A program made the position numbers and the translations under genes. From Candidatus Pacearchaeota archaeon (GTDB lineage: Archaea > Nanobdellota > Nanobdellia > UBA10117 > JABICX01), in contig JAFCGM010000002.1 in the NCBI GenBank assembly GCA_017608025.1, positions 6,250 to 70,249 of the forward strand: a stretch of 64,000 nucleotides of DNA, in the 5' to 3' direction. Numbering within the stretch: position 1 is the first letter of the stretch; each line of letters begins with the position of its first letter. The notes beneath the pieces are model-generated. The model made no database searches. It saw only the letters and a list, made by a program, of their open reading frames with translations, and had not been told where the DNA came from. Positions 1 through 8,627 of this stretch are shown one piece after another.

Positions 1-15
1 CTGCTTATTAGTAAC

Positions 16-627
16 ATGACTAAATTGAGCATCTTCACAGATTTTGATAATGCTTTGGTTTCGAAGAATACGCCGATTCTGTTTAGTGAGAAATATTGTG
101 AAGAAAATCCCTTTAAGTTTGTTCATAGCATAATTATTCTTTTGTCAAAAAGGAAAAAACTGGGTGGAAAAGCTCTCAGCTTTTTAATGAATTCTGCTGG
201 GAAAAAGAAAAAAGAGTTGTGGTGCAGAGAAATTGCGCGCGGACTTAAGTTCAATGAAAAATGGCTTAAAAAATTCAAACAAATTGTTGGGAAAAAGAAG
301 ACAGATGAAGTTGAGATAATTATAATAACAAGAAATGAGGCAATTATTCCTGAACTTTTCATGAGGGACAAAGAAAATCTTGAAGTTCTGAGAAAAGCTT
401 CTGGAAGCAAATTTAAAAGCAATTACACTATAATTGGAAATAAAACTTTCAGAGAGCATGTGATTGAACATTTTGGGAAAATTAAGAATGTTAAGGGAAA
501 TCTCAATGAAATTAGAGACAAGGAAAAAATTATTCCAAACAGAGCATATTACTTTGGAGATGAAAAAGAAAAAAGCATTTTCAGAAAAAATCACAAACTT
601 AAAGAAATTAATTTTGTAGAGGTCTAG
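16..627 (+). CDS. HAD-superfamily hydrolase-like protein
   Basis: N-terminal FTDFDNAL resembles HAD motif I (DxDx[T/V]). C-terminal YFGDEKE resembles motif IV. Otherwise weak. Confidence 0.35.
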   Translation: MTKLSIFTDFDNALVSKNTPILFSEKYCEENPFKFVHSIIILLSKRKKLGGKALSFLMNSAGKKKKELWCREIARGLKFNEKWLKKFKQIVGKKKTDEVEIIIITRNEAIIPELFMRDKENLEVLRKASGSKFKSNYTIIGNKTFREHVIEHFGKIKNVKGNLNEIRDKEKIIPNRAYYFGDEKEKSIFRKNHKLKEINFVEV

Positions 628-686
628 CTGCCTTTTTCAAAAAAAGGCAAGGTGCTAAAAATTCTCGCTTCGCTCGAAAAAAGCAT
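626..686. repeat. Family-B hairpin element
   Basis: ctgcctttttcaaaaaaaggcaaggtgctaaaaattctcgcttcgctcgaaaaaagc. Related copies at 917-951, 12520-12568, 12618-12668 and 28832-28888 (reverse). Confidence 0.7.
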
Positions 687-1026
687 TTAGGAATACAAAC
701 AGTTTTTAGAGGAATTTGTAGTTAAAATCCTTCCAGGCTCGCTTGCCTGCAAAATCAGGCAGCACTTTAGTCGTATAGAGCTTCGCTGCATATAACTTTT
801 TTCTTTGGGCAAATTACTTTTTCTTTTTTAGAATGCGTAGCCGCCTTAGGCTCTGCCTTAATGGAGGTTCTTTTCCAAAGAAAGTCTAAAGAAAAGGCAA
901 AAGACCTTGAACTTGCTCTGCCTTTTTCAAAAAAAGGCAAGGTGCTAAAAAGCCATTTTGGAAAAAGCGCAAGCAGAAAAACAGGTTAATCTTGCTGAGC
1001 AGGAGTCTCTTCGCCAAAAGAACTAA

Positions 1027-1160
1027 TAGCCCCATCCGGATTTGAACCGGAGTCTCAGGCTTTCTTCGAAATCCTCCCAACCAGTTTAGTGGCTGGAAGA
1101 CCCTTTTTGAAAGGGATTTCCTCCAAAGGCCTGAATGATTGGCCGCTACACTATGGGGCT
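1027..1160 (-). tRNA. tRNA-Gln(TTG) with ~60-nt intron in anticodon loop
   Basis: Acceptor AGCCCCA/TGGGGCT. Anticodon stem CAGGC/GCCTG with loop CTTTGGA. T-arm TCCGG-TTCAAAT-CCGGA. Intron lies 3' of position 37. Confidence 0.65.
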
Positions 1161-1246
1161 GTTGTTTTTGGCTTGAGCTTCATTATTATAATCTAAGAAG
1201 CTATATATGTTGAACAATAAGAAATAAAAATCTTTTATAAAACTAA

Positions 1247-2101
1247 CTACTGGCTTAAATCCTGCTCAATAACAGAAAGTTTTTTTTGTAGTTGCTCTTT
1301 TTCATCAGTGAGTTTCTTTATTATAATTTCATTATTCAGGTCTTGAAGAATTCCTCCACATTCCTTGCATTCAAAGTTGTTCTCAAGTGCTTCTCGGTAA
1401 GTGTATTTAAGGTTACATTCTGCGCAGCTGAAAGAGTATTCAGACTCTTCCTTAAGAAGCTCTTCTCGTTTCTTTATTTCGTTTTTCACAGAGAGAATAT
1501 ATTTTTTTAGTATTTTCTCCTTGTCAATTGACCAATAGTAAATAAACCACCAGTTCTTTTTCTCGTCGCTCTTTTTTTCATAATCTGCAAAACCCCATTC
1601 TCTCAAAACATAAAGAAGCTTTCTTGCTCCATTGATTTTTATGTCCATTTTTTCTGCAATTTCATTTTCAGAAAGAACATCGTTTTTTTCCAGAAGAGAA
1701 ATTATTTTACTTAATTCTGGGGAAACATCATAATTCAGAAAATTAATAACTTCATTAATTGTAAATCTGTATTTCTTTTTTGGTTTTGGCTTTGGTTTTT
1801 GCTGAACTGTTTTTTCTGGTTTTTTAGCTGGTTTCTTTTTGGGTTTTGGAGATTTAAATTCTTTTTTTACTGCTGGTTTTTTTGGCTTAGGTTTTTGAGA
1901 AAGAGATTTTGTTTTTGAAGGTTTTTGAGAAGGAGCTTTGGATTTTTTTTGTTTTTGAAGGTTTTTGGTTTTTGAAGGTTTTTTTTGTTTTTTTGGCTTT
2001 TTTGAGGACTTTTTCAGCTTCGCTGGATTTGGCTTTTTAGGCTCTTCCATACCTACTAAAGCCCTTACAAATTTTTTTAATTTTGATTTTTTTCGCGCCA
2101 T
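1247..2101 (-). CDS. tfe: Transcription factor E (TFE/TFIIE-alpha) with ~110-aa Lys/Pro-rich N-terminal extension
   Basis: Winged-helix core followed by a C-terminal zinc ribbon CAECN...CKECGG. N-terminus is an H1-like KKPKK tail. Confidence 0.75.
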   Translation of the reverse strand: MARKKSKLKKFVRALVGMEEPKKPNPAKLKKSSKKPKKQKKPSKTKNLQKQKKSKAPSQKPSKTKSLSQKPKPKKPAVKKEFKSPKPKKKPAKKPEKTVQQKPKPKPKKKYRFTINEVINFLNYDVSPELSKIISLLEKNDVLSENEIAEKMDIKINGARKLLYVLREWGFADYEKKSDEKKNWWFIYYWSIDKEKILKKYILSVKNEIKKREELLKEESEYSFSCAECNLKYTYREALENNFECKECGGILQDLNNEIIIKKLTDEKEQLQKKLSVIEQDLSQ

Positions 2102-2162
2102 TTCAAAACAATAAGTTATTTCATAAGCATTCCAAGATAATAAATTTTTTTATATTATTGAA

Positions 2163-3365
2163 TTAACCTCCGATAAAGAACTGTATAAATGGTCCTGCAA
2201 TTGTTATTAAAAGCAAAGCCAAAGTTACGATTGAAACTGACTTGAAGATTTTCCTTGCTTTTTTCTCTTTAAGGAATTTTTTAAGAACTGCAAAAAACAT
2301 TCTTCCCCCGTCTGTCGGGCCAAGAGGAAGCAGGTTGAAAAGTCCTATTCCTATGTTTAAAATAATAATCCACTGAAACAAAACAAACAAATACCTTACA
2401 AAATACTCTCCAATGCTGTTTTTCAAGAAAGAGCGCATCTGTATCTGGCTTAAGAAAACACCTACATACGCTACTTCTGAATTTGTTGGGTTTTCCCCAG
2501 TTTCAACAGCATAAGCGCCTGAAGATGTTTTAATTAAAATTGTGTCTCCTGGTGAAATTTCAGACAGGACAGAATTAAAATCTTCTTTTGATTCAATTTG
2601 AATGTTGTTTATTGAGAAAATTTTATCATCTTGCTGAATTCCTGCAATATCTGCTGGCGCGCCTTCTTCAACAGACCAAACCACTGGGCTTTCTGACTGA
2701 ATGAAAAATGCTGATGCTCCAAAAATTACAGGATTAAATAACAACACTGCAATTAAAAGAGCAATTACTGCACCGCAAAAATTAGCAAAAGGCCCTGCTG
2801 CAAAAACCGAAAGCTTTTTTGAGAGCTTTTGCTTTTCAAGTGATTTTTCATCTGGCTCTACAAAAGCAAGAGGAAAAATAAGAAATATTCCAAGGCCTGT
2901 TGAAAGAAGTTTGAGCTGGTGCGCTCGGGCAACAATTCCGTGGCAACCTTCATGAATTACAATTACTATAAGCAATACTGGAATAAAATACTCAATTGGT
3001 ACAAACATGAAAAGAGGTGTATCTGCTGCAAATGGACCTGGTAAAACAAGCTTAACTGCTGATTCTGCAGCCAACGGATTTAAGAGAAAGCGAATAACAA
3101 GGAACACTAAGCAAAAAGATATAAAAGCCATTCCTAAAAATCCAACTCCAATTCCTGTGTATCCCCAGTATTTCCAGAAGCAGGACCTTGAAAGTCTGTC
3201 AATAAGTTTTATTCCTGCTTTTGTTCGATAAAGAAAAAGAATATATTCTCGTTGGATTTTCTTTCGGTTTTTATACAGCAAAAAGCCCACAATAGCATAG
3301 AAAAGTAAGAACAGAGTCCAACCAAAAGGATTTTTATTAAAAACAGAGATTAATACTTCAAGCAT
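2163..3365 (-). CDS. Site-2 protease (M50 family) with PDZ domain
   Basis: HEGCH (HExxH) and LPLGPTDGG (LDG) motifs. Multi-pass membrane protein. Confidence 0.8.
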   Translation of the reverse strand: MLEVLISVFNKNPFGWTLFLLFYAIVGFLLYKNRKKIQREYILFLYRTKAGIKLIDRLSRSCFWKYWGYTGIGVGFLGMAFISFCLVFLVIRFLLNPLAAESAVKLVLPGPFAADTPLFMFVPIEYFIPVLLIVIVIHEGCHGIVARAHQLKLLSTGLGIFLIFPLAFVEPDEKSLEKQKLSKKLSVFAAGPFANFCGAVIALLIAVLLFNPVIFGASAFFIQSESPVVWSVEEGAPADIAGIQQDDKIFSINNIQIESKEDFNSVLSEISPGDTILIKTSSGAYAVETGENPTNSEVAYVGVFLSQIQMRSFLKNSIGEYFVRYLFVLFQWIIILNIGIGLFNLLPLGPTDGGRMFFAVLKKFLKEKKARKIFKSVSIVTLALLLITIAGPFIQFFIGG

Positions 3366-3409
3366 AATAGTTAAAATAAACGCAATACTACTATAAAAAC
3401 CTTAACTTA

Positions 3410-3607
3410 TTATGCTTTTTTGAATTTTGTAAGCAAATCGATTTTATCAATATGGCTTAGAAAAACTGCTCTGCAGCAGTATCTTTTTATGTTCAATTCA
3501 TCAAGGACTTTTTTTGGAGCTTCTCCTTGCTCTATCCGTTTTTTGTATTCTTCCCACAAATGAGCTAAAGGTTTTCCGCAACTGAAACATCTTATTGGAA
3601 TTATCAT
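3410..3607 (-). CDS. rpoN: DNA-directed RNA polymerase subunit N (Rpb10)
   Basis: MIIPIRCFSCGK...RYCCR zinc-bundle signature. 65 aa. Confidence 0.85.
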   Translation of the reverse strand: MIIPIRCFSCGKPLAHLWEEYKKRIEQGEAPKKVLDELNIKRYCCRAVFLSHIDKIDLLTKFKKA

Positions 3608-3614
3608 TTTAACA

Positions 3615-4031
3615 TTACCTGTACGACTGCTGTCTTTTTCTTCTTGCTTTGGAGTGAGTCATTGGCTTTCTTACTTCCTTGTATCTTGTGTCTGCAACAA
3701 GCAAGGTTCTATCATAATCAATATATTTTTGCTTTAGCTCTTCTGAGCCAGTAAATTCAACAAGAGCTTTTGCAACTGAAAGGCGAATTGCATCTGTCTG
3801 GGACGAGATTCCGCCTCCAAAAACAGAGATGCTAATATCTATCTTTTTTGCACTATCTCCTGCAATTAAAATCGGTTCCTTTATTCTAAGCTGGTAAAGC
3901 TCATTTGAGTATCTTTCCAAAGGAATTTTGTTTATTTTTATTATTCCTTTTCCTTTTCTTGCTATAGCTCTTGCTACTGCTCTTTTTCTTTTTCCAGAAG
4001 TTTGAACTATTTTTTCCTTGTTCTTATTCAT
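3615..4031 (-). CDS. rps9: Ribosomal protein S9 (uS9)
   Basis: GGG...QTDAIRL...ARRKRQQSYR C-terminus. Start taken at MNKNKEK, overlapping the L13 stop. Confidence 0.85.
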   Translation of the reverse strand: MNKNKEKIVQTSGKRKRAVARAIARKGKGIIKINKIPLERYSNELYQLRIKEPILIAGDSAKKIDISISVFGGGISSQTDAIRLSVAKALVEFTGSEELKQKYIDYDRTLLVADTRYKEVRKPMTHSKARRKRQQSYR

Positions 4032-4452
4032 TGTACTTTGCTCCAAGTCTCTTTGAAATGTCCTCAACAGTAACTATCTTTGAGCGAGTGATTTTTTCCT
4101 TTGAAATCTCAGGGAAAGAAACCATTTCCGAGTTTTTAAGATTTTCTGGAACACCAATATGGCATTTTATTCTCTTGTACGCTTCCTGTCCTCTTTGCTT
4201 CTTAAAAGGAAGCATTGGCCTTATAACTCTTTTAACAAACCGGTCTGGCATTCTTGTTGTAAATGGACCATGAAAGGGATTTCTCTTTCGTTTCAAATCC
4301 AAATACTTGTGACAAACTTTGCTCTTTTCTCCAGTAAAAACAGCTTTTTCGCAATTCACAATTTCTATGTTTTCTCCTGCAAGAGCTAGCTTTGCAACTC
4401 TGGTTGCAAGCCTTCCTAAAATTAATCCTGTTGCGTCAATTACTTTTGCCAT
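4024..4452 (-). CDS. rpl13: Ribosomal protein L13 (uL13)
   Basis: MAKVIDATGLILGRLAT... conserved uL13 N-terminus. Confidence 0.85.
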   Translation of the reverse strand: MAKVIDATGLILGRLATRVAKLALAGENIEIVNCEKAVFTGEKSKVCHKYLDLKRKRNPFHGPFTTRMPDRFVKRVIRPMLPFKKQRGQEAYKRIKCHIGVPENLKNSEMVSFPEISKEKITRSKIVTVEDISKRLGAKYNE

Positions 4453-4811
4453 TAGCCAAATATCCTTATTTTATTTCCTTTTGGATTTGATTTTATTGCC
4501 TCTTCAATTGTCTGCACTTTTGAATTTGCTGATTTTATTTTTTTCAGAGCAGTTTCTGAAGCACTTATTGGTATAATTGTAACTTTCTTTTCAAGCTTTC
4601 CTCCACCAGCAAGAAGCTTTCCTAGAATAAGGAGAGTTTCTCCGTCTTTTGCAAAAGAATTTATTTTTGTGAAATTGACAATTCTCTGATTTTTTCTAGA
4701 CCTTTCAAGCTCTTCTGCAATCCTTTTCCAAATCGGAGCCTTGTTTTTTGCTGCCTGAGACTTAAGACTAGATATAAGATTCCTGGTCTGTTCTTTTGCG
4801 AGTGTTTTCAT
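4452..4811 (-). CDS. rpl18e: Ribosomal protein L18e (eL18)
   Basis: Family-typical sequence and position in the L18e-L13-S9-RpoN cluster. Confidence 0.75.
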   Translation of the reverse strand: MKTLAKEQTRNLISSLKSQAAKNKAPIWKRIAEELERSRKNQRIVNFTKINSFAKDGETLLILGKLLAGGGKLEKKVTIIPISASETALKKIKSANSKVQTIEEAIKSNPKGNKIRIFG

Positions 4812-4980
4812 TTTTTCTTGATTAATCTTCTTTTTTGAAAAGAAGATTATGCGGAGAGGAGGATTGTGTAACCCTGGGAATCCCCTTTCAAAAAGGGTCT
4901 TCCAACCTTCAAACGCATTGTGGATTGTTTTCTTGATTAATCTTCTTTTTTGAAAAGAAGATTATGCGGAGAGGAGGATT
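4812..4980. repeat. 53-bp direct repeat containing the tRNA-Leu 3' end and its downstream hairpin, flanking a 62-bp insert
   Basis: ttttcttgattaatcttcttttttgaaaagaagattatgcggagaggaggatt at 4812-4864 and 4928-4980. The insert carries the ccctttcaaaaagggtcttccaacc motif. Confidence 0.85.
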
Positions 4981-5048
4981 TGAACCCCCGTAGGCACTAA
5001 GCCATACGGTTCTTAGCCGTACCCGTTTGACCGCTCCGGCATCTCCGC
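4965..5048 (-). tRNA. tRNA-Leu (class II, long variable arm); anticodon reads AAG at standard positions
   Basis: Acceptor GCGGAGA/TCTCCGC+A. 3-bp D-stem. Anticodon stem TACGG/CCGTA with loop CTAAGAA. Variable arm TGGCTTAGTGCC. T-loop TTCAAAT. Confidence 0.7.
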
Positions 5049-5100
5049 GGAAACTTTTAGAAAAAGTTTCATCAAAAAGAAACTTCTTCATTAAAGAGTA

Positions 5101-5892
5101 TTATTTTAGTTTTGCGGAGTTTATTTCTTTTATAATTAATTCCTGGGATTTTTTCAGCAGCTCTTTTGGTGAAAGCTGACCCCAAGACTCTATCGTCATA
5201 ACAAACTCTGACTCACTGTCATTTACATTTATTCCGTCATACTTGTCTGCAACATACTTCACTTGCTCTGACGCAAGCTCTTCTTTAAGAAGTATTTCCT
5301 TATCAACTTCAAGTTTTCCAGAGTTTTCAATTATTACGCCGCTTGAGCATGCTTCAAGTATTTGTTTTTTGTTTTTTAATGCTTTTTTCTGGTCAATTTT
5401 TACTTCTGGCTTGTTAATGTAATATACAAGAGCTGGGCTCCATTTCATGTGCTCTTTCCCTTTTCCAAGAACTGCAACTGCTTCAAACACAATTTCCTGG
5501 TTTTTACCAAGCTTTGTAATGAGCATATTTGGATAAATTGGTTTTATTTTTGGGTCTGTTGTTTTTAAGTCCTTTGCATAGAATGTTCCTGGACCTTTTA
5601 AGGATGCAGACAATTTTACCTGGCATTTTGCACAGCCCTTTCCCTTGCATTTGCATGCTTCTGGCTGATTATATGTTATGATATCTGTTGACAATGGAAT
5701 AAGTCCAAGACGTTGAGCAATAATCTCATCATAAAGAGGTGATGTATTTTTTGTGAAATAAACATCTTCAATTGCCATTACTGGAACATTAAACATAATT
5801 GTTCTTCTAATGAAGTTCATTTCTGTGTGATTGGAATCTTCAAAAAGAAATTTAACTACATTGTCTTTTTCATCAATTATTTTATATTTCAT
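5101..5892 (-). CDS. rpoD: DNA-directed RNA polymerase subunit D (Rpb3-like) with Cys-rich cluster domain
   Basis: Rpb3/RpoA fold with a CKCKGKGCAKC cluster. Start taken at MKYKII. Sits in the conserved S13-S4-S11-RpoD order. Confidence 0.8.
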   Translation of the reverse strand: MKYKIIDEKDNVVKFLFEDSNHTEMNFIRRTIMFNVPVMAIEDVYFTKNTSPLYDEIIAQRLGLIPLSTDIITYNQPEACKCKGKGCAKCQVKLSASLKGPGTFYAKDLKTTDPKIKPIYPNMLITKLGKNQEIVFEAVAVLGKGKEHMKWSPALVYYINKPEVKIDQKKALKNKKQILEACSSGVIIENSGKLEVDKEILLKEELASEQVKYVADKYDGINVNDSESEFVMTIESWGQLSPKELLKKSQELIIKEINSAKLK

Positions 5893-5893
5893 T

Positions 5894-6286
5894 TTAAGGT
5901 CTCCTTCCCCGTCTTCCGCCTTTTTTTCTGCAACCGCCATGAGGAATTGGGGTAACATCTTCTATACTTCTTATTTTAAGGCCGGCTCTTGCAAGTGCTC
6001 TTATTGCGGGTTGTGCTCCAGGACCAGGGTATTTTGCTCCGTTTTGTCCGCCTTTTGCCCGAACCTTAACATGAACTTCTTTAATGCCTTTTTCAATGGC
6101 ATCCAAGGCAGCTCTTTTTGCGCAAAGCATTGCTGCTGTTGGACTTGGTTTAAGACGGTCTGACTTTACAACCTGACCGCCAGATGAAAGAGCAATTGTT
6201 TCAGAACCACTCAGATCTGTAATATGAATTATTGAATTATTATATGATGAGTAAATATGGGCTACGCCCATTTTCTGATTAGCCAT
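5894..6286 (-). CDS. rps11: Ribosomal protein S11 (uS11)
   Basis: [18 protein letters not shown]... and PHGGCR uS11 signature. Confidence 0.9.
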   Translation of the reverse strand: MANQKMGVAHIYSSYNNSIIHITDLSGSETIALSSGGQVVKSDRLKPSPTAAMLCAKRAALDAIEKGIKEVHVKVRAKGGQNGAKYPGPGAQPAIRALARAGLKIRSIEDVTPIPHGGCRKKGGRRGRRP

Positions 6287-6821
6287 TTTTCACCTCTTTA
6301 TTTTCTGATTTGTTTACTGTTTTTTCAGTTATAATTTCCTTTAGCTTTGGGTTGAAATTTGCTGCAAACCTAACTGTATCTCCTTTTTTAACAAGATAGG
6401 ATGGAGCAGTTATTTTTTTTCCATTTACAGTGATTTTTCGATGAAGAATAAATTGTCTCGCTTGTCTTATTGAATTTGCAAGGCCCATTTTAAATATTTG
6501 TGTTTGAAGTCTTTTGTCAAGAATTGCTTTAAGTTCAAGTGCAAGAACATCGTCAATGTGAGACTCTGTTGGCAAAAGATTTAATGAACTTATTTTCTTA
6601 ATTAGTTTCTTTTCTTCTTCTGGACGGATTTCATCAGGAAGGGCAATAATTTTTCTTGCCTGCTGTTGCCAAGTTCTAAGCAAAGAAAGTGCTTTCCAAA
6701 TTTCTCTTTTGTTTGACAATCCAAACTCACGTATGAGCTTATTTTCTTCAATTATTCTCTTTGCTTCGTACGGATGTCCTGGTGTTGTGTATTTTCTCCG
6801 TAATATTTTTGGATCTCCCAT
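6279..6821 (-). CDS. rps4: Ribosomal protein S4 (uS4)
   Basis: S4 domain sequence typical of uS4. Confidence 0.9.
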   Translation of the reverse strand: MGDPKILRRKYTTPGHPYEAKRIIEENKLIREFGLSNKREIWKALSLLRTWQQQARKIIALPDEIRPEEEKKLIKKISSLNLLPTESHIDDVLALELKAILDKRLQTQIFKMGLANSIRQARQFILHRKITVNGKKITAPSYLVKKGDTVRFAANFNPKLKEIITEKTVNKSENKEVKNG

Positions 6822-6843
6822 TTTTTATCTCCTGTTTTTAAGT

Positions 6844-7326
6844 TTACTTTTTCTTGCTTACTCCAACAGTTTTTCCTTTTCCTCTTCCTGTGCCTCTGGT
6901 TCTTTGACCTCTTGCTTTTACTTTAAGGCCTTTGTCTCCGCGAGAATGCCTATATCCGCGAAAACTCTTTATTTTCTTTAAGAATTGAATATCAAATTTT
7001 TTAGTTAAATCAAGGTCTGAAGAAATAAGGTGTCTGTCTTTTCCTGTGTCCATATCCTTTCTCCGATTCAAAAGCCATTTTGGCAATTCCTGGTTTTCAA
7101 TTCCTCGAATTGTTTCTTCTATTTTTTTTATTTCCTCTGGAGTAAAATAACCGACTTTCCTTGACTTATCAATCTCCAGAATCTTGCAGACTGCATTAGA
7201 AATCATATAACCGCAACCCTTTATTTGAGCAATTGAATTGTAAATTGAAGAAGAACCCTTAATATCTCTATCCAAAATTCTAACTAGCTCCCTAAATTCT
7301 TCCTTGGGTTGAGTTTGTTCAGCCAT
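6844..7326 (-). CDS. rps13: Ribosomal protein S13 (uS13)
   Basis: DIKGSSSIYNSIAQIKGCG motif with a basic GRGKGKT C-terminus. Start taken at MAEQTQ. Confidence 0.85.
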   Translation of the reverse strand: MAEQTQPKEEFRELVRILDRDIKGSSSIYNSIAQIKGCGYMISNAVCKILEIDKSRKVGYFTPEEIKKIEETIRGIENQELPKWLLNRRKDMDTGKDRHLISSDLDLTKKFDIQFLKKIKSFRGYRHSRGDKGLKVKARGQRTRGTGRGKGKTVGVSKKK

Positions 7327-7374
7327 TTTCCAGTCCTTTTTATGAAGAAATGTAAGTATCTTCATTAAAGTTTT

Positions 7375-7430
7375 GTGCGAGGAAAAAGCTAGAACCTATT
7401 TTGGCACTAGTTCGCTTTTCAGCTCGCACC
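7375..7430 (-). promoter_or_regulatory. Long imperfect hairpin (~14 bp stem, 24-nt loop) in the leader of the S13-S4-S11-rpoD operon
   Basis: gtgcgag-gaaaaagc ... gcttttc-a-gctcgcac inverted repeat, 45 nt upstream of the S13 ATG. Confidence 0.4.
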
Positions 7431-7710
7431 TAATATTTTTTGTTAATGTGTTGTGTTTATAAAGGTTTCCTTATTTTTTTAGAAAAAGGCAGATTGCCAA
7501 AAATTTGCTCTCTGAGCAAAAATATTTTTTTGACAATTTATAGTGCACAATCGCCTGCTGAAAGCTATTGCTCAAATATATATTTTTTCGCTCCCTACAT
7601 TCTACGCAATTATTCTCATTTTTTCTTTTTGGGCAACTTATAGTGTTTTTTTCTTTAAAAAAGAAAAACCCGCGCTAAAAAGAAACTACTTTTCTAAAAA
7701 GAAATGGCAG

Positions 7711-7794
7711 CGCCAGCGGCAGGATTCGAACCTGCAAGTCCCGAAGGACACGAGGTCTCAAGCCTCGCGCAATACCAGGTTATGCGACACTGGC
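7711..7794 (-). tRNA. tRNA-Ser(TGA)
   Basis: Anticodon stem-loop CGAGG-CTTGAGA-CCTCG. Long variable arm. T-arm GCAGG-TTCGAAT-CCTGC. Acceptor GCCAGTG/CGCTGGC. Confidence 0.85.
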
Positions 7795-8036
7795 TTAAAT
7801 TTTCATAAAAAGATAAAAAGAAGTTGGTTTAAAAAAATTGCTATTCCTATTCTTTTGGTGGCAAGAGTATTGGAATTCCGTCTTTTACTCTGTAAGTGTG
7901 CTTGTTTTTGCAGGTTAGTATATTTTCTTTTTTGTTGTATTTAAGAGGAAGTTTATCAACTGGGCATGCAAGAATTTCCAAAAGCTTTTTATGGAGTTTT
8001 TTATCTGAAGTCATAGTATAATTTCCAATCTTTTAC

Positions 8037-8627
8037 TTATAAATTTTTAGATAATAAAACCTTATAACCGCTGCCGCGGTTTACGATTTCTGCATTGCCA
8101 AAGACTTCTTGCATTTTCTGTTTGTAGGATGCCGCACCGAGTTTGGTTTTGCAGACTAAATATAGTTTTCCATTTTTGCTTAGATGCTGTTTTGATTGTT
8201 CAATCCAGGAAAAGATTGTTTTCTTTCCTGCGTGTGTTGGCGGATTTGTTGCTATAATGTCGAACTTGCTGTTTTTGAGTTTTGAAAATCCGTCTGACTT
8301 AATAACATTGCATTTCATTTTGTTTAATTTGCAGTTTCTTCTGGCAAGTTTTAATGCGCGCTCATTTATATCTAACATTACAACACTGGGAATTGAAATT
8401 CTAGCGTAAATTCCAAGGAATCCATATCCGCAGCCAAGGTCGAGAAAAGATTCTGCTTGTGAAAAATCAATTGCTTCTGCTAAAAGCTGAGTGCCGCGAT
8501 CAAGCTTTCCATAAGCAAAAACTCCTGATGCAGTCTTAAACTTAAAATTAGTGTTTTTTATATTTATTATTATCTCTCTTTCTTTGTATTCTGACTTTGG
8601 CTTTTCGGTATAATAATGTTCTGTCAT
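8037..8627 (-). CDS. Class I SAM-dependent methyltransferase, small-domain (RsmC/RlmG-like) family
   Basis: LDLGCGYG SAM-binding motif I and NPPTH catalytic motif. Confidence 0.6.
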   Translation of the reverse strand: MTEHYYTEKPKSEYKEREIIINIKNTNFKFKTASGVFAYGKLDRGTQLLAEAIDFSQAESFLDLGCGYGFLGIYARISIPSVVMLDINERALKLARRNCKLNKMKCNVIKSDGFSKLKNSKFDIIATNPPTHAGKKTIFSWIEQSKQHLSKNGKLYLVCKTKLGAASYKQKMQEVFGNAEIVNRGSGYKVLLSKNL

